DNA of 64,000 nucleotides. It comes from Lama guanicoe (Eukaryota). The stretch spans positions 312,001 through 376,000 of the forward strand of contig MU054338.1 of the NCBI GenBank assembly GCA_013239625.1, read 5' to 3'. A model generated the notes under the pieces. That model had not been told where the DNA came from and made no database searches. It saw nothing but the letters and a program-made list of their open reading frames with translations. A program made the position numbers and the translations under genes. Shown in pieces: positions 60,336 through 64,000 of the stretch (position 1 is the stretch's first letter; every line of letters starts with the position of its first letter).

Positions 60336-61838
60336 TACAAATCCCAACGAGAGCGTGGATTCCTGGGCCGGCCCCCTCTAGTTAACCCTTTGACACCTCG
60401 GCTGGCCACCTGCGGGAGGGGCTGAGACCGGTTCACAGCCACAGCAGGAGCAAGCGTGTGCTGAGACTGGCCGGCTGGGTTCCTGGGAAGTGTGTGCTGA
60501 TCAGTGTCGGGGGACGCTGGGAAGTCCCTCAGGCCCAAGGCAGGGAAGTGGGTTCTATAAAAAGCCGAGGGCCTTTTCACGCCCAGCACTGGGGGTAAAT
60601 GAGGTTTGCTGGAGGGAGTGCTGGATTGAGCCCACTGATGGGAAAAGGAGGACCCAGAAGAAAGCCGCCCTGGGTGTTTTCTGTTTTCTGTGAGTGAGTG
60701 TGTGTGTGCGTGTTTGAGAAAGATGAGTCAGAGGGAAGTTCGCCCAGCAAAGGTCAGACCCCGGATAGGGAGCTAAGGGTGGGGGTCCTGAGGGACCCTG
60801 GGTTAGTCTGCTGGAGGTTGGCTGGGTTGTTGAGATTCAGGGAGCAACACACCTACAGGAACAACAAGCAGGATGTTCCTCGGACCTGGGAGGCCTTCTG
60901 GAGAGCGGGGGTCCCCCAGCCTCAGGCAGTGGGGGAAGACACTCAGGGCAACGCCGCTCTGGTCCTGAACCAGAATGCTCCCTCCAGAGATGCCTGGCTC
61001 CACCCCACAAGGTAGTTTCCACCACACCCTCCGGCCCTCCAGGAGGTGGTTAATGGATAACAAACCCTCAAGATCTCACTTTCTTATCTAAGAACTTGAC
61101 AAAGCTTCATTCCTGTAATCCTCGGGACGGTCCCGAGAGATGAAAACTATTGTTGTAACTCCCATTTTACAGAGAAGGAAACTGAGGCACAGAGGGCCCA
61201 AGTCTGTGGCCTGAAGTCATGCAGTGGGCAAGCAGCCACTCCAGGATACAAGCCCAGGGTCCACATGCTTAACCCCTGTGACATGTGAGAACGGAGCACA
61301 CGGCTGGTGCTCAATACATACAGCTCTGTTTAAATCTGTTCTCTTGGGAGGCACATCCCTCAAAGACACGGCCTCCTCCATTCTTCCCCACCCCCGGATT
61401 GGAGATGGTTGTGTATACAGCGGGTGCTTACTAAATGCTCTATGGCAACTTTAACTCAACAGGGTGGGGACCCCGCTAAGAGGGGAGGGAGGCAGGGCTG
61501 GCTGATGTCCCCAAACCCGGGGAGGGGTGAAGGGCCGACATCGAGTGCCTGCTGTGTGCTAGGCTCCGGGAGGGCCCAAGAGAGATGGGGGTTTGCTTGC
61601 CTGTAGCCACACGCTGAGGGGGGGTACCCAGGAACACGCTGGACTCCAGCCCCAGCCCCACCCCGGGTGTCCCTGGGTGCCCCTGCTCTCCAGTTCCTGC
61701 AGATGGATCCGTTGGTTCCCTCCCCTGAACCTTGCTCCCAGCCAGGAGAACGTTGCTTCTTGCGACAGAACTGGCTACGCTTGCAGCTGGAGCTCCCAGG
61801 GGGAGGCAGGAAGCGGACAGGGGCCACGGGGCTGGGGG

Positions 61839-61860
61839 NNNNNNNNNNNNNNNNNNNNNN
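61839..61860. other. Assembly gap (22 N) inside a (GGGGCT)n G-rich tract
   Basis: Run of N flanked by GGGGCTGGGGG repeats. Confidence 0.99.
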
Positions 61861-62128
61861 GGGGGCTGGGGGCTGGGGGCTGGCCCGGGGGACCCCATCT
61901 TCATTTTTCAGCAGGAATTCCTCCAAGGTCCAGGCTGAAGCTCTCAAGCTGGGGTGGAGTTCCATGGTCCAGCCTCCAGGCCTGGGCAGGAATTCTTTCC
62001 AGGCTGGAAGGGGTTTCAGTGAAGCTCAAGGGGTGGGGTGGGGTGGGAAGGGTCCTTTCCCAGAACCTCCGAGGGCCGCCAGAGTCTGAGTTCCCGTTGT
62101 AAGCAACAACCAAAGAGTGCTTGGAGGT

Positions 62129-62212
62129 GGGGAGGGTAGAGCTCAGTGGTACAGCATGTGCTTAGCATACATGAGGTCCTAGGTTCAAACCCCAGTACCT
62201 CCATTTAAGAAA
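62129..62212 (+). mobile_element. Vic-1-type SINE upstream of ELANE
   Basis: GGGGAGGGTAGAGCTCAGTGGTACAGC...GGTTCAAACCCCAGTACCTCC. Confidence 0.8.
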
Positions 62213-62654
62213 GAGAGAGAGAGGTTGGAAATCAAGACCAGGAGGGAGACTCGAGACTCAAAGAAGATTCAAGTCCCCACCATGTCCCTGGGTAGGCGAC
62301 TCACGGGGAGGCCCCCTGGGTGCACGTGGGGGCTGCTATTACAGGGCTCCAAGTGAGCGGAGGCACGTGGGGGGACCCAGCCAATGTCCTCTGGGCCTAG
62401 GGTGGCCAGATTTAGCAAAAATACTGGGCAACCAGTTAACTCCACGTGTCAGATGAAGACTCACTCTGCAGATAAGCACACCCTGTGTGATGGTGGGGAT
62501 GTGCTTACCCTGAAAACTAAGGTTTATCTGACAGCCCAGTTTAGTTGTGCCCGGATCTTGCCTGGTTGCCCTCCTGAGCCAGCCCCCGCCTGGCACTTGT
62601 CCTGCCCCCACCGTTCTTCCCAGCACCCACCTCGTCCCCTGCATCCCCAGGATG

Positions 62655-62730
62655 GGGGGAGGAAGTGGGGGCGCCTGGCCCCACCGTGGGGCAACTGCAA
62701 CGGCCTCTGGGCATGGGGGCTATAAGAGGG
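62655..62730 (+). promoter_or_regulatory. ELANE proximal promoter (PU.1, C/EBP, Myb, TATA)
   Basis: GAGGAAGT at 62659-62666, TGGGGCAA at 62687-62694, CAACGG at 62698-62703 and TATAAGA at 62721-62727. This is the known azurophil-granule promoter architecture. Confidence 0.85.
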
Positions 62731-62775
62731 AAGGGTGGGCAAAGGGGGCAGAGTCACCAAAGCCCCCGCCCAACC

Positions 62776-63678
62776 ATGACCCAGAGCTGCAGACCCTCCA
62801 GCCCTGCCCTCGCCTCCGTCCTGCTGGCCATGCTCCTGGGCGGTGAGTGGGGCCCGTGCCTGTCCCTGGGCATCCATTCCTGCCTCCCCACTTGCCCTGG
62901 ACCCTCTTGGCCCCCTCATCCTCCCGGGGAGTGACAGCTGGGAGAGGAGGAGACTGAGGGTCTGAGTGGTGAGGTCTGAACAGGGGCAGTCACTAGGCAC
63001 TCTTCAGAGCCTCCAAGAGAGTGAAGTCCAGATCCAGCTGCACCCTGGCAGGGGGACCGCTCAGGCCCCCTCTCCACCCAGTGGGTTCCCAGTGGGGGTT
63101 CAGGGCCAACTGGCCCAGGGCAGGGTTTCCCTGCGCCACTCACTGCCCGCACGGCACTTGTCCCCAGGCCCCGCGCTGGCCTCAGAGATAGTGGGGGGCC
63201 AGCCCGCCCGGCCGCATGCGTGGCCGTTCATGGTGTCCCTGCAGCGGCGTGGAGGCCACTTCTGTGGTGCCACCCTGATCTCACCGAACTTCGTCCTGTC
63301 AGCGGCACACTGCCTGAACGGCCTGTGAGTGTCCCCCTCGTCCCCACCCTGTTTCCAGCCCGCCCACCATGCGTGGGGCCAGGATGGCACTGCCGCCTCC
63401 CTGCTGGGCCCGGGGTTGGGGGATCTTCCGGCACAGGCACGAGGGTCTGCAGGTCCTGCTGCTCCCAGGTTGGGGGGGGTCTCTCTACCGCTCCCCATCC
63501 CAGGGCGCCCCAATCACCTCCTGTCCCCCCTACCAGAAACTTCCGGTTGGTGCGCGTGGTGTTGGGGGCCCATAACCTGGGGCGGCGTGAGCTCACCCGG
63601 CAGACGTTCAGGGTCCGGCGGGTCTTTGAAAACGGCTTCGACCCCCTGAGCCTGCAGAACGACATCGTGGTTCTCCAG
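62776..63678 (+). CDS. ELANE: Neutrophil elastase, exons 1-3 (62776-62842, 63168-63324, 63537-63678). The gene continues beyond the window
   Basis: [48 protein letters not shown]...SAAHC (His57)...[19 protein letters not shown] (Asp102). Canonical splice sites and exon sizes of 67, 157 and 142 nt. Confidence 0.95.
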
Positions 63679-64000
63679 GTGCGCGGCAGCTGGGGGCAGC
63701 CATGGCAAGTGCAAAGGCCCAGGGGGAGGCTTGCGGAGGGCAGGGAAGGGGCAAGGGGCTGGGGGACATGGTGGGGGCAGGCCTGGTGTCTCCCCGCCGT
63801 CTCTCTGTGCCTCAGTCTCTCCCTCCGTAAGACCAGGAAGTAACCCCCAGCCCCTCTGCAGGGCTGTTGAGAGATCAGAGATGACAGCAGGGAAGCTCGG
63901 AGCAGCTGTCAATCAACACACCACTGTGATTTTGTGTGCCCGCTGGCCAAGGGAAGGGACAGTCTCCGTCTCTGTGAAATGCGGCAAAATCCCCCACATT

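Overview
GC-rich mammalian DNA syntenic to human 19p13.3. It is very probably camelid (camel or alpaca), because about ten tRNA-Ala-derived Vic-1-type SINEs are present. Bases 1-27 kb are intergenic: L1, MaLR, MER20 and MIR repeats, CTCF motifs and an orphan CpG island. The genes that follow are PTBP1 (+, complete, 557 aa), PLPPR3 (-, complete, 728 aa), AZU1 (+, complete, 263 aa), a fully decayed PRTN3 (proteinase 3) pseudogene (+), and exons 1-3 of an intact-looking ELANE (+). Four observations stand out. (1) PRTN3 has inactivating lesions in every exon and in its promoter, which suggests unitary loss of proteinase 3. (2) PTBP1 has precisely lost two introns relative to the 15-exon human gene. 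(3) Eight old L1M 3'-end fragments share a near-identical, GC-shifted ~170-bp core, suggesting ectopic GC-biased gene conversion or an unrecognised young element. (4) ELANE and PRTN3 share an unexpectedly similar exon 1 and promoter. Comparisons with human genes and repeat consensus sequences are from memory, not from a search. Repeat boundaries are approximate.
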